From the NCBI GenBank assembly GCA_016198905.1, contig JACQHR010000036.1:1-56090 (forward strand): DNA of 56,090 nucleotides. Direction: 5' to 3'. Of this stretch, positions 33,616-43,319 are shown in pieces. Position numbers and translations under genes: made by a program. The notes beneath the pieces are model-generated. The model saw only the letters and a program-made list of their open reading frames with translations. It was not told where the DNA came from and did no database searches. This DNA is from Candidatus Omnitrophota bacterium (GTDB taxonomy: Bacteria > Omnitrophota > Gorgyraeia > Aquiviventales > Aquiviventaceae). Positions within the stretch are counted from its first letter, which is position 1; every line of letters begins with the position of its first letter.

Positions 33616-36513
33616 ATGGAGAATGTCAGCGATACCTTGAGACCCTCACGTATGCTGTCGGGAGTGTTCGTGCTCCTGGTGTTGGCGCTGGGTCAGTCGA
33701 ACGCTACGTTCGGTGATGAAACCCCAGTCGACCCAATGGACTACAGCGTCCAGGTGGTCTATTTCGTGCCCGCTGATCGTGCTCCGCTCGATCAATATGA
33801 AACGCGGCTCACCACGGCGGTCGACTTCATCCAGCAGTTCTTTGAGAGAGAAATGGCCCATCATGGCTACGGGTTCAAAACGTTCCGAGTGGAGTCAGAT
33901 CCTGTGACCGGCGCTCCGCTGATCCATTTCGTCCAAGGGCAGCACCCGGCGAGTTACTACTGTCCCGAAGTGATGAGACGCGTCACGGCTGAAGTCGAGA
34001 CCGCCCTTCCTTTCATTAGAGGCAACGGACGTCGTCTGATCTTTGGGCACACGTGGGATGTAGATCCCAAGACAAAGCTGGGGTTTTGTGGGACGGCAGA
34101 AGGCGGAGATCCCAACACCCTGATTGACGTCCCCTTTACGCGCCCCGACACCATGGCGCTTGATACCGCGGGACAGCTTAAGGCGTTTTGCGACTCCACA
34201 CGATCGGGCGCGTACGAACCGGGGAGTCCTGAACGCTATCCGGATGAAGCTTCGGTGGGCGAACTTGCTTCCCGACACTTTGGTGGAACCGCCCACGAGA
34301 TGGGCCATGCCTTTGGCTTGCTCCATCAATGCTATCAGCAGTGGGATGACCGGGACCACAGCGTCCCTGCGGTGATGTGTATGGGGTTTACTGAATTTCG
34401 AAGAGTGTTTACCCCCCCAACGCCAGAGCGACCGCCGGATGGATTGCCTGACTGTGGCAAAGTTCCGGAAGCCCCGGTGCTCACTGAGGATGATGCCGCA
34501 TGGCTGGATCTGAGCCGCTACTTCAATCCGCCTCGGATCTATACCGACAACACCCCTCCGACAGGATCGTTTGTGCGGCCGACGGAAACGGAAGTGATTG
34601 TCATTCCCAAGGCTCAAACAACCTTGCCCGTTCAGGTTCATCTGCGCGATGAGGGAGGCAGCGGTCTGGGGTATGTGCGATTTGGGCGAGGGAACGCGCA
34701 TGGTGATAGTGCGGTGAATGGGGTGTCGCTGAAGCATACCGATACCAACGAAGCCACGGTCGATTTCACATTTGAGGATCTCACGCCCGGCGTCTTTTGG
34801 GACCTGCACGCAGACGTGCTCGACCGCGATGGGAACAGCGCTCCCCTCACGAACCGGATTAAGGTATTCACTGACCCTGGCGGAATTTTCAAACGCGTCT
34901 ATCTGTTGGATCGCCCCTTTGAGTATCCCGAACGCCTGACGGATCCTACTGACCCATCGCCCTTGGCTGCCCCCCTCGCCCGAGACTACCTGGATGGAGA
35001 ATCGAGTATCGCAGATGTGCGCGATGGTAATCGGCTCGCGGAACGGACGTGGCGCACGGTCTCTGCTACCTCACAGCTTACCTTCGATCTGAACGCGTTG
35101 CGGGTTGGGCAGGCTTTTTCCGTGGCATACGCCTATGCAGAGGTCCTCTCGCCACGTCAGATCGACGCAGAACTCCGGGTGGGCAGCGATGACGCTATGC
35201 GCATCTGGCTCAATGGCCAACAGGTCCATAATACCTTAGTGATCCGTGGCACTGAGTTCGATCAGGACCGCATCCCCATTACGCTTCAGGCGGGCGTCAA
35301 TCGGTTCCTTTTCAAAATCCTTAATTATGAATCCGGTTTTGGGTTCCAGGCACGCGTGTGCCATCCGGTCACAGGGCTCGGGTTTGAGGAACTTCAGTTT
35401 CAATCGCCCGCCGCTTCTCAACCCCCAACACTCGATCCCCTCAGTGCCGCTGAGGTAGACGAAGGGCAACTGTTGCGCTTCACAGTCGCGGCCCGTGACC
35501 CGGATGACCAACCGTTACAGTTTCAGGCTGCACCGTTACCGGCAGGCGCATCCGTTCACTTGCTCGGAGATGTCACGCTAGATGGCGCGGTGGATGAGGC
35601 CGATGCGTTCCTGATCGAGCAATATCTCCTCGGTCTCACCGTGCTGACAGCAGAAGCGCTGGATCTCGCTGATGTCGATGAGAGTGGAGCGATCACCCAA
35701 GCAGATGCCGTGTTCATCCAGCAGATCAGCGCTGGCAGTGTACCGCCCCTGAACAAAGCACGGTTCCTCTGGACACCTTCGTATGTCCAGGCGGGGAACT
35801 ATCCCATGACCATCACCGCCACCGATCCTGATGGCCTGCGCGCAAGCGGCGAAGTTCTCGTCACGGTTCGCGATGTCCCGCTGCGCATCGGACAGTTACA
35901 AGCCTCCCCTGATCCCTTTAGCCCACATGAAGCAGGACGCCCAGACAAACAGGTGAAGATCACAGCGAGTTTCAACAGACCAGCTGCGGCTTGGTCACTA
36001 AAAATTCATGATGCCGCCGGCCATTTGGTCCGCACTTTTAAGAAGTCGTCCAATCAGCAAGCAACAGTGACCCAAAGCTGGGACGGACGAGACAATGGCG
36101 GGCAAGTGCTTCCCGATGGGGTGTACCGGTATACCGTCGTCGCATTCGACGAAGAGGCCAATAAGGTCAAGCAATCGAGCTCGATCACGATCGATGGCAC
36201 GCCGCCACGAGTAAAGCAACTCCGCGATGATCCTGATCCGTTTCAACTACGGCAAGGCCAATACATCACGATTCGTTATCGGCTGTCCGAACCTGCCTTT
36301 GTCACACTCGATATCTGGAGTCGCACTGGGGCCTTCGTCCGCTCCCTGCGCTCTGCGACCCTCCAGAGTCGTGGATCACGCCGATGGGATGGGAAGGATG
36401 AAGGTGGGGCCTTCGTTCCTGCTGGAGTTTATCGGTACAAACTCTGGGTTGTCGATCAGGCGGGTAATCCAGCTTCCCCGCTTCCCGCCGAGGGAACTGT
36501 GACAGTTAAATAG
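33616..36513 (+). CDS. secreted multidomain zinc metalloprotease (metzincin + Ig-like + carbohydrate-binding-like + Ig with inserted dockerin + 2 FlgD-Ig domains)
   Basis: signal peptide; HEMGHAFGLLH; GSDD..RIWLNG; GDVTLDGAVD..D / ADVDESGAI...D dockerin loops; WDGRD.GG and WDGKDEGG. Confidence 0.85.
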   Translation: MENVSDTLRPSRMLSGVFVLLVLALGQSNATFGDETPVDPMDYSVQVVYFVPADRAPLDQYETRLTTAVDFIQQFFEREMAHHGYGFKTFRVESDPVTGAPLIHFVQGQHPASYYCPEVMRRVTAEVETALPFIRGNGRRLIFGHTWDVDPKTKLGFCGTAEGGDPNTLIDVPFTRPDTMALDTAGQLKAFCDSTRSGAYEPGSPERYPDEASVGELASRHFGGTAHEMGHAFGLLHQCYQQWDDRDHSVPAVMCMGFTEFRRVFTPPTPERPPDGLPDCGKVPEAPVLTEDDAAWLDLSRYFNPPRIYTDNTPPTGSFVRPTETEVIVIPKAQTTLPVQVHLRDEGGSGLGYVRFGRGNAHGDSAVNGVSLKHTDTNEATVDFTFEDLTPGVFWDLHADVLDRDGNSAPLTNRIKVFTDPGGIFKRVYLLDRPFEYPERLTDPTDPSPLAAPLARDYLDGESSIADVRDGNRLAERTWRTVSATSQLTFDLNALRVGQAFSVAYAYAEVLSPRQIDAELRVGSDDAMRIWLNGQQVHNTLVIRGTEFDQDRIPITLQAGVNRFLFKILNYESGFGFQARVCHPVTGLGFEELQFQSPAASQPPTLDPLSAAEVDEGQLLRFTVAARDPDDQPLQFQAAPLPAGASVHLLGDVTLDGAVDEADAFLIEQYLLGLTVLTAEALDLADVDESGAITQADAVFIQQISAGSVPPLNKARFLWTPSYVQAGNYPMTITATDPDGLRASGEVLVTVRDVPLRIGQLQASPDPFSPHEAGRPDKQVKITASFNRPAAAWSLKIHDAAGHLVRTFKKSSNQQATVTQSWDGRDNGGQVLPDGVYRYTVVAFDEEANKVKQSSSITIDGTPPRVKQLRDDPDPFQLRQGQYITIRYRLSEPAFVTLDIWSRTGAFVRSLRSATLQSRGSRRWDGKDEGGAFVPAGVYRYKLWVVDQAGNPASPLPAEGTVTVK

Positions 36514-36531
36514 TGTTCGGGTTGTAAAAAA

Positions 36532-36587
36532 GGGGACGTTTCTAATTTTTGCACGTATTTCGCAGGGCGAAAATTAGAAACGTCCCC
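36532..36587. repeat. perfect 18-bp inverted repeat (REP-like)
   Basis: GGGGACGTTTCTAATTTT-20 nt-AAAATTAGAAACGTCCCC. Confidence 0.8.
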
Positions 36588-36774
36588 AAGATGCTGACGC
36601 AACGCGCTTTTAGCGACGGCGTCGGCTGCGGCTGCGGCGCTGACCACCTCGGGCCATCCTCGCTCTTGAGATGTCCCCCTGCTTGTCCACGAAATAAAGG
36701 TAGCCGGCCTGCTTCTTGATTCCGACCTTTGCAACTTTTTCTGCCACGACAAGTCACCCCCTCTCCCATTTCTT

Positions 36775-36804
36775 GGGGTCAGACCCTCTTATGGATCTGA
36801 CCCC
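36775..36804. repeat. REP-like palindrome
   Basis: GGGGTCAGACCC-TCTTAT-GGATCTGACCCC. Confidence 0.65.
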
Positions 36805-36817
36805 GCCTTGCGGTACC

Positions 36818-36843
36818 CATCGCCACACCGGGTTGTGGCGATG
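36818..36843 (-). terminator. 10-bp hairpin just after the nadX stop (possible terminator or stabiliser)
   Basis: CATCGCCACA-CCGGGT-TGTGGCGATG; no clear U tract. Confidence 0.4.
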
Positions 36844-36848
36844 AACTC

Positions 36849-37655
36849 TTAGGTTCCGATCTGCACCTTCGCGAAGATTCGATTGAGCGTCGCGATGGCG
36901 GAACGGACGGCCAGCTCGCTGGTTTTTGGATTCGCGCTGGGCCGGCTCTGAATCCGGCACTGGATACGACCACAGTCTCCTTCAACCTCAAGCTCGTGCA
37001 CGTTGACGGTCGCCGTTGGATCGGCGACCACGCGAATCATCGCCCGACGCCCCGCGCGGCCAACAGCAAGGGTCAGCGCCGCCGCCACGTTCACATTCTG
37101 CGGAAACGCCTTGATCGCTTCGCGCGCCGAGCCCTCGAAGATCACGGTAGGCTTCGTCAACCGATCCAGCCGCAAACCTCGACGCTGGACGTAGGGAGCG
37201 TCCGTAAGCGCCCGAGGAGGCTTGCGCGTGGTCAGCGATGCGCGCGTAATCCGGCCGACCGCGAGTGCTTTGATGCCATCAAGTCCTGCGAGTGCCCCGC
37301 TGGGCAGATAGAGCGTGCCCCGCGAGGATTGCGCCTGACGTTGCCACGATCGACTGCGCAAGAGGCCGCCTACGCTCATGAGCAGGACGCTGCGGTGGGC
37401 GCGCAATGCGCGCGTGGCGACATCAGCCGCAGCGTCAACTGAAGCGGCTTCAAGGACCAGGTCACTGCGACGGATAAGCTCGGAAAGCGAGAGGATGGGA
37501 GGATGAACGCGGAGTCGGCGTTGAAGGGTCGTAGCGTGGGATCGATTCGTGTCATGTAGCGCGACGATGCGTGCCACAGCAGTATGCGCTTGCTCCACGG
37601 CAAGAGCCAGCTGCGATCCGATGGTGCCGCAGCCGACCAGGCCAACCCGCACCAT
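36849..37655 (-). CDS. nadX: L-aspartate dehydrogenase
   Basis: GLVGCGTIG, EAAS, PSGALAGLD, TRKPP, FPQNVNVAA, NPKTS. Confidence 0.93.
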   Translation of the reverse strand: MVRVGLVGCGTIGSQLALAVEQAHTAVARIVALHDTNRSHATTLQRRLRVHPPILSLSELIRRSDLVLEAASVDAAADVATRALRAHRSVLLMSVGGLLRSRSWQRQAQSSRGTLYLPSGALAGLDGIKALAVGRITRASLTTRKPPRALTDAPYVQRRGLRLDRLTKPTVIFEGSAREAIKAFPQNVNVAAALTLAVGRAGRRAMIRVVADPTATVNVHELEVEGDCGRIQCRIQSRPSANPKTSELAVRSAIATLNRIFAKVQIGT

Positions 37656-38074
37656 TACCCGCGGGGTGATGGAAGGGAGGAATCAGCTTCACGGTCCTCG
37701 GCGAGCTGACAGCGCTCGGTAACAATCTCTCGGATCCGGTTGTGCTCATCGAGCATGACGAGCTTCGGCGCAAACGTCTCCAGCTCTTCCGGCGTGACCT
37801 GGGCGTACGAGATCACGATGACCTTATCTCCGGCGGAGATCAGCCTCGCTGCTGCCCCGTTCACGCAGACGGTTCCCGAACCCGCTGCGCCTTCGATGCA
37901 GTAGGTCACCAGGCGCACACCGTTGTCGACATCGACGACATGCACCTGCTCATACGGCCGCAGATCGGCGGCGCGCATCAGCGTAGCGTCGAGCGTGAGG
38001 CTGCCCGTATACGCGACGTTCGCTTCGGTCACCGTCGCGCCGTGCAATTTGGATTTGCAGACTGTGCGTAACAT
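37655..38074 (-). CDS. panD: aspartate 1-decarboxylase
   Basis: MLRT..KSKLH.ATVT...YTG|SLT.D and NGAAAR. Confidence 0.96.
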   Translation of the reverse strand: MLRTVCKSKLHGATVTEANVAYTGSLTLDATLMRAADLRPYEQVHVVDVDNGVRLVTYCIEGAAGSGTVCVNGAAARLISAGDKVIVISYAQVTPEELETFAPKLVMLDEHNRIREIVTERCQLAEDREADSSLPSPRG

Positions 38075-38117
38075 CGTCGTGGCTCGTGTGTGTCGTGCGC
38101 GTGTTGTCGTCGGCGTA

Positions 38118-38966
38118 TTATGACACGTCGACGAGAAGATTGTCAATTAACCGCGTCGGGCCGACCCGTACGGCCAGCAGGATGGCCATGCGTCGACGCA
38201 GACGCGACACCGGCTCAAGCGTCACCGCATCGACAATCGCCAGGTAGTCGATGCGCGTTTGCGGCGCTCGTCGGATGAGTCGACGCATCGACGCCAGAAG
38301 CGGTTGTGCGCGCCGCTCGCCTGCTCGAATCCGCGCGCGTGCCAGCGTCAGCGCCTGATACAGCACGGCGGCTTGCGCGCGCTCCTGCGCGGACAGATAG
38401 GCGTTGCGAGAACTCATCGCCAACCCATTAGGCTCGCGCACCGTGGGCAGCACATGGACCGTCAGCGGCAGATGCAGATCGCGCACCAGCTGCTGAATGA
38501 CGCGCGCTTGCTGATAATCTTTTTGGCCGAAGTAGGCGTGCGTCGGCTGCGTCAGCTCAAAGAGAAGCGTGACGACCGTCGCCACTCCGCGGAAGTGCCC
38601 CGAACGCCGCTGCCCTTCCCAGCGTCGTGCCAATGCGCCGACGTCAATGGTCGTCTGAAACCCTTCGGGGTACAACTCGTGCGCATCGGGCGAAAAAATG
38701 ATGGCGGCTCCGGCGGCGCGCGCCACGCGCAGATCCCGCGTGAATGGCCTGGGGTAGCGTGCGAAATCTTCGCTCGGGCCAAACTGAAGAGGGTTGACGA
38801 AAATCGTCACGATCACGACGTCGTTGCGCACCGCGGCCGCACGAATGAGCGAGGCGTGTCCTTCATGGAGTGCGCCCATCGTCGGCACCACGCCGATGGC
38901 TTTGCCCTGCGCTCGAAGACGACGCGCCACGAGCGCCATCTGCTTGGCCGATCGAATGACGGTCAT
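38118..38966 (-). CDS. panC: pantoate--beta-alanine ligase
   Basis: PTMGALHEGH, FVNPLQF, FGQKDYQQ, GLAMSSRN, RLIDN. Confidence 0.97.
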   Translation of the reverse strand: MTVIRSAKQMALVARRLRAQGKAIGVVPTMGALHEGHASLIRAAAVRNDVVIVTIFVNPLQFGPSEDFARYPRPFTRDLRVARAAGAAIIFSPDAHELYPEGFQTTIDVGALARRWEGQRRSGHFRGVATVVTLLFELTQPTHAYFGQKDYQQARVIQQLVRDLHLPLTVHVLPTVREPNGLAMSSRNAYLSAQERAQAAVLYQALTLARARIRAGERRAQPLLASMRRLIRRAPQTRIDYLAIVDAVTLEPVSRLRRRMAILLAVRVGPTRLIDNLLVDVS

Positions 38967-39442
38967 GCGTCAATGACGTCACGAACGAGCTGCTCGAGGA
39001 GCGCTGCGATGGATCGCTGCAGCACCGGATGGACGCCCGCGGGGACAAGCTGTGCCAGCGGCTCGAGCACGAAGCGCCGCTCGTGCATCCGAGGATGCGG
39101 AATCTGCAGCGTCGGCTCATCGATCACCTGATCCTCATAGAGGAGGATGTCCAAATCGATCGGGCGCGGTCCCCAGCGCTGCAAGGAGGGCATGCGTCCG
39201 AGCCGGCGTTCGATATCTTGCAGGACACGCAGGAGCGCGTGCGGAGCCAGCGTCGTGTCGATCTCCACCACGGTATTAAGGTAGGGGCCCTGTGGTGGGC
39301 CTCCGACGGGTTCAGTCTCGGTAATGGTTGCCATCTGCAGGACGCGAACGCCCTGTGCCTCACCCAGATGACGGATCGCCTGGGAGATGAGCGAGAGGCG
39401 ATCCCCTTCGTTGGATCCGACTCCGATAAAGATGCGCGCCAT
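38963..39442 (-). CDS. folK: 2-amino-4-hydroxy-6-hydroxymethyldihydropteridine diphosphokinase
   Basis: IGVGSN.GDR, RWGPRPIDLDIL, PHPRMHERRFVLEPL. Confidence 0.96.
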   Translation of the reverse strand: MARIFIGVGSNEGDRLSLISQAIRHLGEAQGVRVLQMATITETEPVGGPPQGPYLNTVVEIDTTLAPHALLRVLQDIERRLGRMPSLQRWGPRPIDLDILLYEDQVIDEPTLQIPHPRMHERRFVLEPLAQLVPAGVHPVLQRSIAALLEQLVRDVIDA

Positions 39443-39492
39443 CACGCACAACCTCGCTGTCAGTCGGCAACCGGTTGTAGGACGAACAACGC

Positions 39493-40680
39493 TTAGAGGG
39501 CTTTCGCTACACGATCCACAGCCTCTTGAATGCGTTCGGTAGGACTGGTGAGCGAAAATCGCACGTAGCCTTCACCTGACGGTCCAAAGCCGACGCCGGG
39601 CGTGCAAACGACGTGCGAACGCTCGAGGATTCGTGCAGCAAAAGCGATGGAGGGTTCCGTGGTTGGGATTCGCGCCCAGAGATAAAACGTCGCCGCCGGC
39701 TTCGTGATCTTCCATCCAGCCTTCGCCAGGCCATCGACGAACAGGTCGCGCCGGTGCTGATAGGTCGCGACCGCCTGTTGGAGGGGCTGTTGATCGCCTT
39801 CCAGTGCCGCGATGCCCGCCCACTGCACCGGTTGGAAGATGCCGGAGTCGAGGTTCGTCTTCAGCTGACAGAGCGCGGCGATGAGCGTGGCATTGCCGCA
39901 GACAAACCCGATGCGCCAGCCGGTCATGTTGTACGTCTTCGAGAGGCTGTGAAACTCAACGCCGACGGATGTTGCGTCAGGCAATTGCAGAAAACTGATC
40001 GGCTTGGATCCATCGAACGCGACCTCCGAGTACGCCGCGTCGTGCGCGATGGCGATCCCGAAGCTCTTGGCAAAGTCGATGGCTTCTTGCAGCTGTGCTT
40101 GCGTCGCCACGGCCGCCGTCGGATTGTTCGGCGAGTTGAGGAACAGCAGTTTCGCTCGTCGCGCCGCCCTCTGGCTGATCGCGCCAAGATCCGGGAAAAA
40201 TCCATTCTCTTCGAGCAGCGGCATCGACACGACCTCGGCGCCGGCAAAGATCGTCCCGCTGCGATACGGCGGGTAGCACGGATCCGGCACGAGCACCGCG
40301 TCGCCTGGATTCGTCACGGCCAAGGGAAAATGCGCGATTCCTTCTTTAGATCCTAAGAGTGGAAGCACCTCAGTCTTCGGATCAAGGGTGACGCCGAAGC
40401 GCCGCTCGTACCACGCCGCAATCGCGGCTCGAAGCTCCGGCATCCCTTCGGTGAAACTGTAGCGATGATTGCCCGGCTCATCGACGGTGCGTTTGAGCGC
40501 GTCAATGATATGAGCCGGCGTGGGCACATCCGGATCGCCGACTCCAAGATCGATCACATCTTTCCCTTCAGCCTGGAGCCGGCGCTTGGCCTTATCGATC
40601 TCCACGAACAGATATGGCGGCAGCTGCTTCAGCCGCGCGGCCTTATCAAACGTCGGAGCCGATGCCGTCATCGTCGTCAT
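39493..40680 (-). CDS. dapL: LL-diaminopimelate aminotransferase (class I PLP aminotransferase)
   Basis: LPPYLF, LLGSKEG, PNNPT, SLSKTYNMTGWRIG; located within the dap operon. Confidence 0.85.
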   Translation of the reverse strand: MTTMTASAPTFDKAARLKQLPPYLFVEIDKAKRRLQAEGKDVIDLGVGDPDVPTPAHIIDALKRTVDEPGNHRYSFTEGMPELRAAIAAWYERRFGVTLDPKTEVLPLLGSKEGIAHFPLAVTNPGDAVLVPDPCYPPYRSGTIFAGAEVVSMPLLEENGFFPDLGAISQRAARRAKLLFLNSPNNPTAAVATQAQLQEAIDFAKSFGIAIAHDAAYSEVAFDGSKPISFLQLPDATSVGVEFHSLSKTYNMTGWRIGFVCGNATLIAALCQLKTNLDSGIFQPVQWAGIAALEGDQQPLQQAVATYQHRRDLFVDGLAKAGWKITKPAATFYLWARIPTTEPSIAFAARILERSHVVCTPGVGFGPSGEGYVRFSLTSPTERIQEAVDRVAKAL

Positions 40681-41444
40681 GATCCCTGCGATGCGGCAAG
40701 GACGTGCGACATGTCATACAGTCCAGGCTTCTGCGTCACGACGAATTGCGCCGCGCGCAAGGCCCCCTGCGCGAAGACCTCGCGGCTCTGCGCGCGATGG
40801 GTCAGCTCCAACCGCTCCGAGGGCCCAGCGAGGATCACCGTGTGATCGCCGACGATGTCGCCGGCCCGAATCGCATGGACCGGAATCTGGGCCACCGCTT
40901 GTTTGCGCGCCGTCGCCAGCACGTCGGCCAATCGCTTCGCGGTTCCGCTAGGGGCGTCTTTCTTGTGGTGATGATGCGCTTCCACCACCTCGACATCGTA
41001 GGCGGATCCAAGACGCTGCGCTGCGAGTTGGGCGAGCTCAAACAACACGTTGACGCCGAGGCTCATGTTCGGACTGACGAGGAGCGGAATTTTTCGCGAC
41101 GCCGCCTGCAGCAACGCCTGCTGCTGGCCCGCGAGCCCCGTCGTGCCGATCACCATCGGCTTGCCCAAATCCTGAGCTAATTGGACGTGAGCTGCCGTGG
41201 CCTCCGGCGTCGTGAATTCAATCAGCACATCGGCTGCGGCCAACGCGCGCCTGGCATCATCGGTCACCGCCAGCGTCGACGGCAGCGGCTCGGCCAGAAT
41301 GGCGGCATAGTCGCGGCCGACCGCAGGGTGCCCCGGCCCTTCAAGCGCGGCAGCGAGCACAAAGACTCCGTCTCGCAGCGCCCCCTTGGCAATCGCCTGC
41401 CCCATACGTCCGCAACATCCTGAGATGGCCAATCGAATGGACAT
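40677..41444 (-). CDS. dapB: 4-hydroxy-tetrahydrodipicolinate reductase
   Basis: GCCGRMG, GTTG, E.HHHHKKDAPSGTA. Confidence 0.96.
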   Translation of the reverse strand: MSIRLAISGCCGRMGQAIAKGALRDGVFVLAAALEGPGHPAVGRDYAAILAEPLPSTLAVTDDARRALAAADVLIEFTTPEATAAHVQLAQDLGKPMVIGTTGLAGQQQALLQAASRKIPLLVSPNMSLGVNVLFELAQLAAQRLGSAYDVEVVEAHHHHKKDAPSGTAKRLADVLATARKQAVAQIPVHAIRAGDIVGDHTVILAGPSERLELTHRAQSREVFAQGALRAAQFVVTQKPGLYDMSHVLAASQGS

Positions 41445-41445
41445 G

Positions 41446-42408
41446 TTATCCTGCTTTCGATTTACTCTTGCGCGCCGCCGATGGGCGCGACGCCGTGGCC
41501 GGAGTCGGTGTGCCACCGGTTCCGGTTTTGAGCAATCCGTACGTCTCCAGCGCCTGGATGAGCCGTTCTTGATTCGCATCGGACATCTCGCACAGCGGCA
41601 GCCGCAGTCCTGGCTCGATCATGCCGAGCAAACCCATCGCCGTTTTCACCGGAATCGGGTTGGTTTCCAGAAACAGCGCCTTGGTGAGCGGCAACAACCG
41701 CCGATGCCACTGCAGCGCGTCTTCGTGCCGGCCTGCCAGATAGGCATGAACCATCTTGGCGACATCTTTCGGCACGAGGTTCGCCACGACGGAGATCACG
41801 CCGGTGCCGCCGATCGACAGCACAGGCAGCGTCAGCGCATCGTCACCCGAGAGCAGCACCAGCTTGCCTTTTGTGACCTGCATGATGCGGCTCATCTGCT
41901 CAAGGTTCCCGCTGGACTCTTTCACCGCGACGATGTTGCGCAACGTGGCGAGCTGCGCAAACGTTTCCGGCTCGATGTTCACCGCCGTGCGCGAGGCGAT
42001 GTTATAGATGACAAGCGGCAAATCGACCGCTTCGCTGATCGCCTTGAAATGCAGAAAGAGCCCGCGCTGCGTGGGCTTGTTGTAGTAGGGAGAAATGAGC
42101 AGGGCCGCATCCGCCCCGGCTTCGGCCGCGTGCTTCGTGATGCGAATGGCCTCGCGCGTGTTGTTCGACCCGGTGCCGGCGATCACCGGGATGCGTCCGC
42201 GAGCAGCTTGGACGGCCACTTCGATCACACGGTCGTGTTCCGTGTACGAGAGGGTCGCAGACTCCCCAGTCGTGCCGCAGGGGACGATCGCGCTCGTGCC
42301 GGCCTTGATGTGCATGGTGATGAGCCGTTTAAACGTCACTTCATCGACGACATCGTCTTTGAAGGGCGTGACGATGGCCACCATGGACCCGCGAAGACTC
42401 AGGCTCAT
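41446..42408 (-). CDS. dapA: 4-hydroxy-tetrahydrodipicolinate synthase
   Basis: GTTGES, PYYNKP, YNI..RT, KES, NPIPVK. Confidence 0.97.
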   Translation of the reverse strand: MSLSLRGSMVAIVTPFKDDVVDEVTFKRLITMHIKAGTSAIVPCGTTGESATLSYTEHDRVIEVAVQAARGRIPVIAGTGSNNTREAIRITKHAAEAGADAALLISPYYNKPTQRGLFLHFKAISEAVDLPLVIYNIASRTAVNIEPETFAQLATLRNIVAVKESSGNLEQMSRIMQVTKGKLVLLSGDDALTLPVLSIGGTGVISVVANLVPKDVAKMVHAYLAGRHEDALQWHRRLLPLTKALFLETNPIPVKTAMGLLGMIEPGLRLPLCEMSDANQERLIQALETYGLLKTGTGGTPTPATASRPSAARKSKSKAG

Positions 42409-43319
42409 CGACGATCCCTCGGCGGCCACTCCACCGCTCCGTCAAAGACCCGTCGCGCACCGCCCGTCAAGATGACATCCGTCACGCGAACCTCCTGTCC
42501 GTGAGGCACCACAGCAAATGATACCCTCAAGACATCTCCGCTGCGCGCTTCGACGTCGATCTGCTGCGTGCGCGCCCGCTGAACCGCTTTCATCTTCATC
42601 AACCCGTAGATGATCGCCGAAGCTACGATGCCCGTGCCGCACGCCAGCGTCTCTGCTTCGACCCCTCGCTCATACGTGCGCACCCGTAACCGGTTGGCCC
42701 GCGTCGCATCGGGTTGAATGAAGTTCACGTTGGTGCCGCGCGGCGCGAACATCCGATGAGAGCGAATGCTTTGTCCGATGGTCTCCACATTGACGCGCGC
42801 CAGCTGCGTCACCGGGATGACGACGTGCGGCACGCCGGTATTCACAGATCCAAACGCGTACGCCCGCCCATCGACGCGGACGACGCCGTTCGTTCGCAAG
42901 TGTGTCGGGGCAGTCATCCGCATCGCCACCTGCCCATGAGCCACCGTCGCAGAGAGCATTCCGGCTTTCGTCTCGATCGTTGCCGTCCTGTCCCCCGTCT
43001 CGGGCCTTCGGTCTTGAGTCTTGAGTCTTGAGTCTTGAGTCCCATTGGCGATGTACTTCGCTACACACCGCGCCCCGTTGCCGCACATTTCGGCTTCGCT
43101 GCCATCCGCATTGAAGATGCGCATGCGCACATCCGCGCGCGGTGAGCGCTCGAGCACGAGCACCCCGTCCGCCCCAATGCCGGTGTGGCGATCGCACAAC
43201 ATTTTGCTGATCGAAGACCACCGGGTCTTCAGCGATACGAGGCTGCGGTGGGCCACGGTATCGACAATGATGAAGTCATTGCCGGTACCGACCATCTTCG
43301 TAAATGGAATAGCGTTCAT
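42405..43319 (-). CDS. dapF: diaminopimelate epimerase
   Basis: GNDF, GIGADG, EMCGNG, ERG..ETLACGTG. Confidence 0.97.
   Translation of the reverse strand: MNAIPFTKMVGTGNDFIIVDTVAHRSLVSLKTRWSSISKMLCDRHTGIGADGVLVLERSPRADVRMRIFNADGSEAEMCGNGARCVAKYIANGTQDSRLKTQDRRPETGDRTATIETKAGMLSATVAHGQVAMRMTAPTHLRTNGVVRVDGRAYAFGSVNTGVPHVVIPVTQLARVNVETIGQSIRSHRMFAPRGTNVNFIQPDATRANRLRVRTYERGVEAETLACGTGIVASAIIYGLMKMKAVQRARTQQIDVEARSGDVLRVSFAVVPHGQEVRVTDVILTGGARRVFDGAVEWPPRDRR
42990..43045. repeat. heptamer array inserted in frame in dapF
   Basis: GTCCCCC GTCTCGG GCCTTCG (GTCTTGA)x4 GTCCCAT. Confidence 0.85.

Noticed and set aside
38075-38117. GTCGTG-rich low-complexity stretch between panC and panD
   Set aside because: Possibly a decayed heptamer array, but the period is too irregular to call
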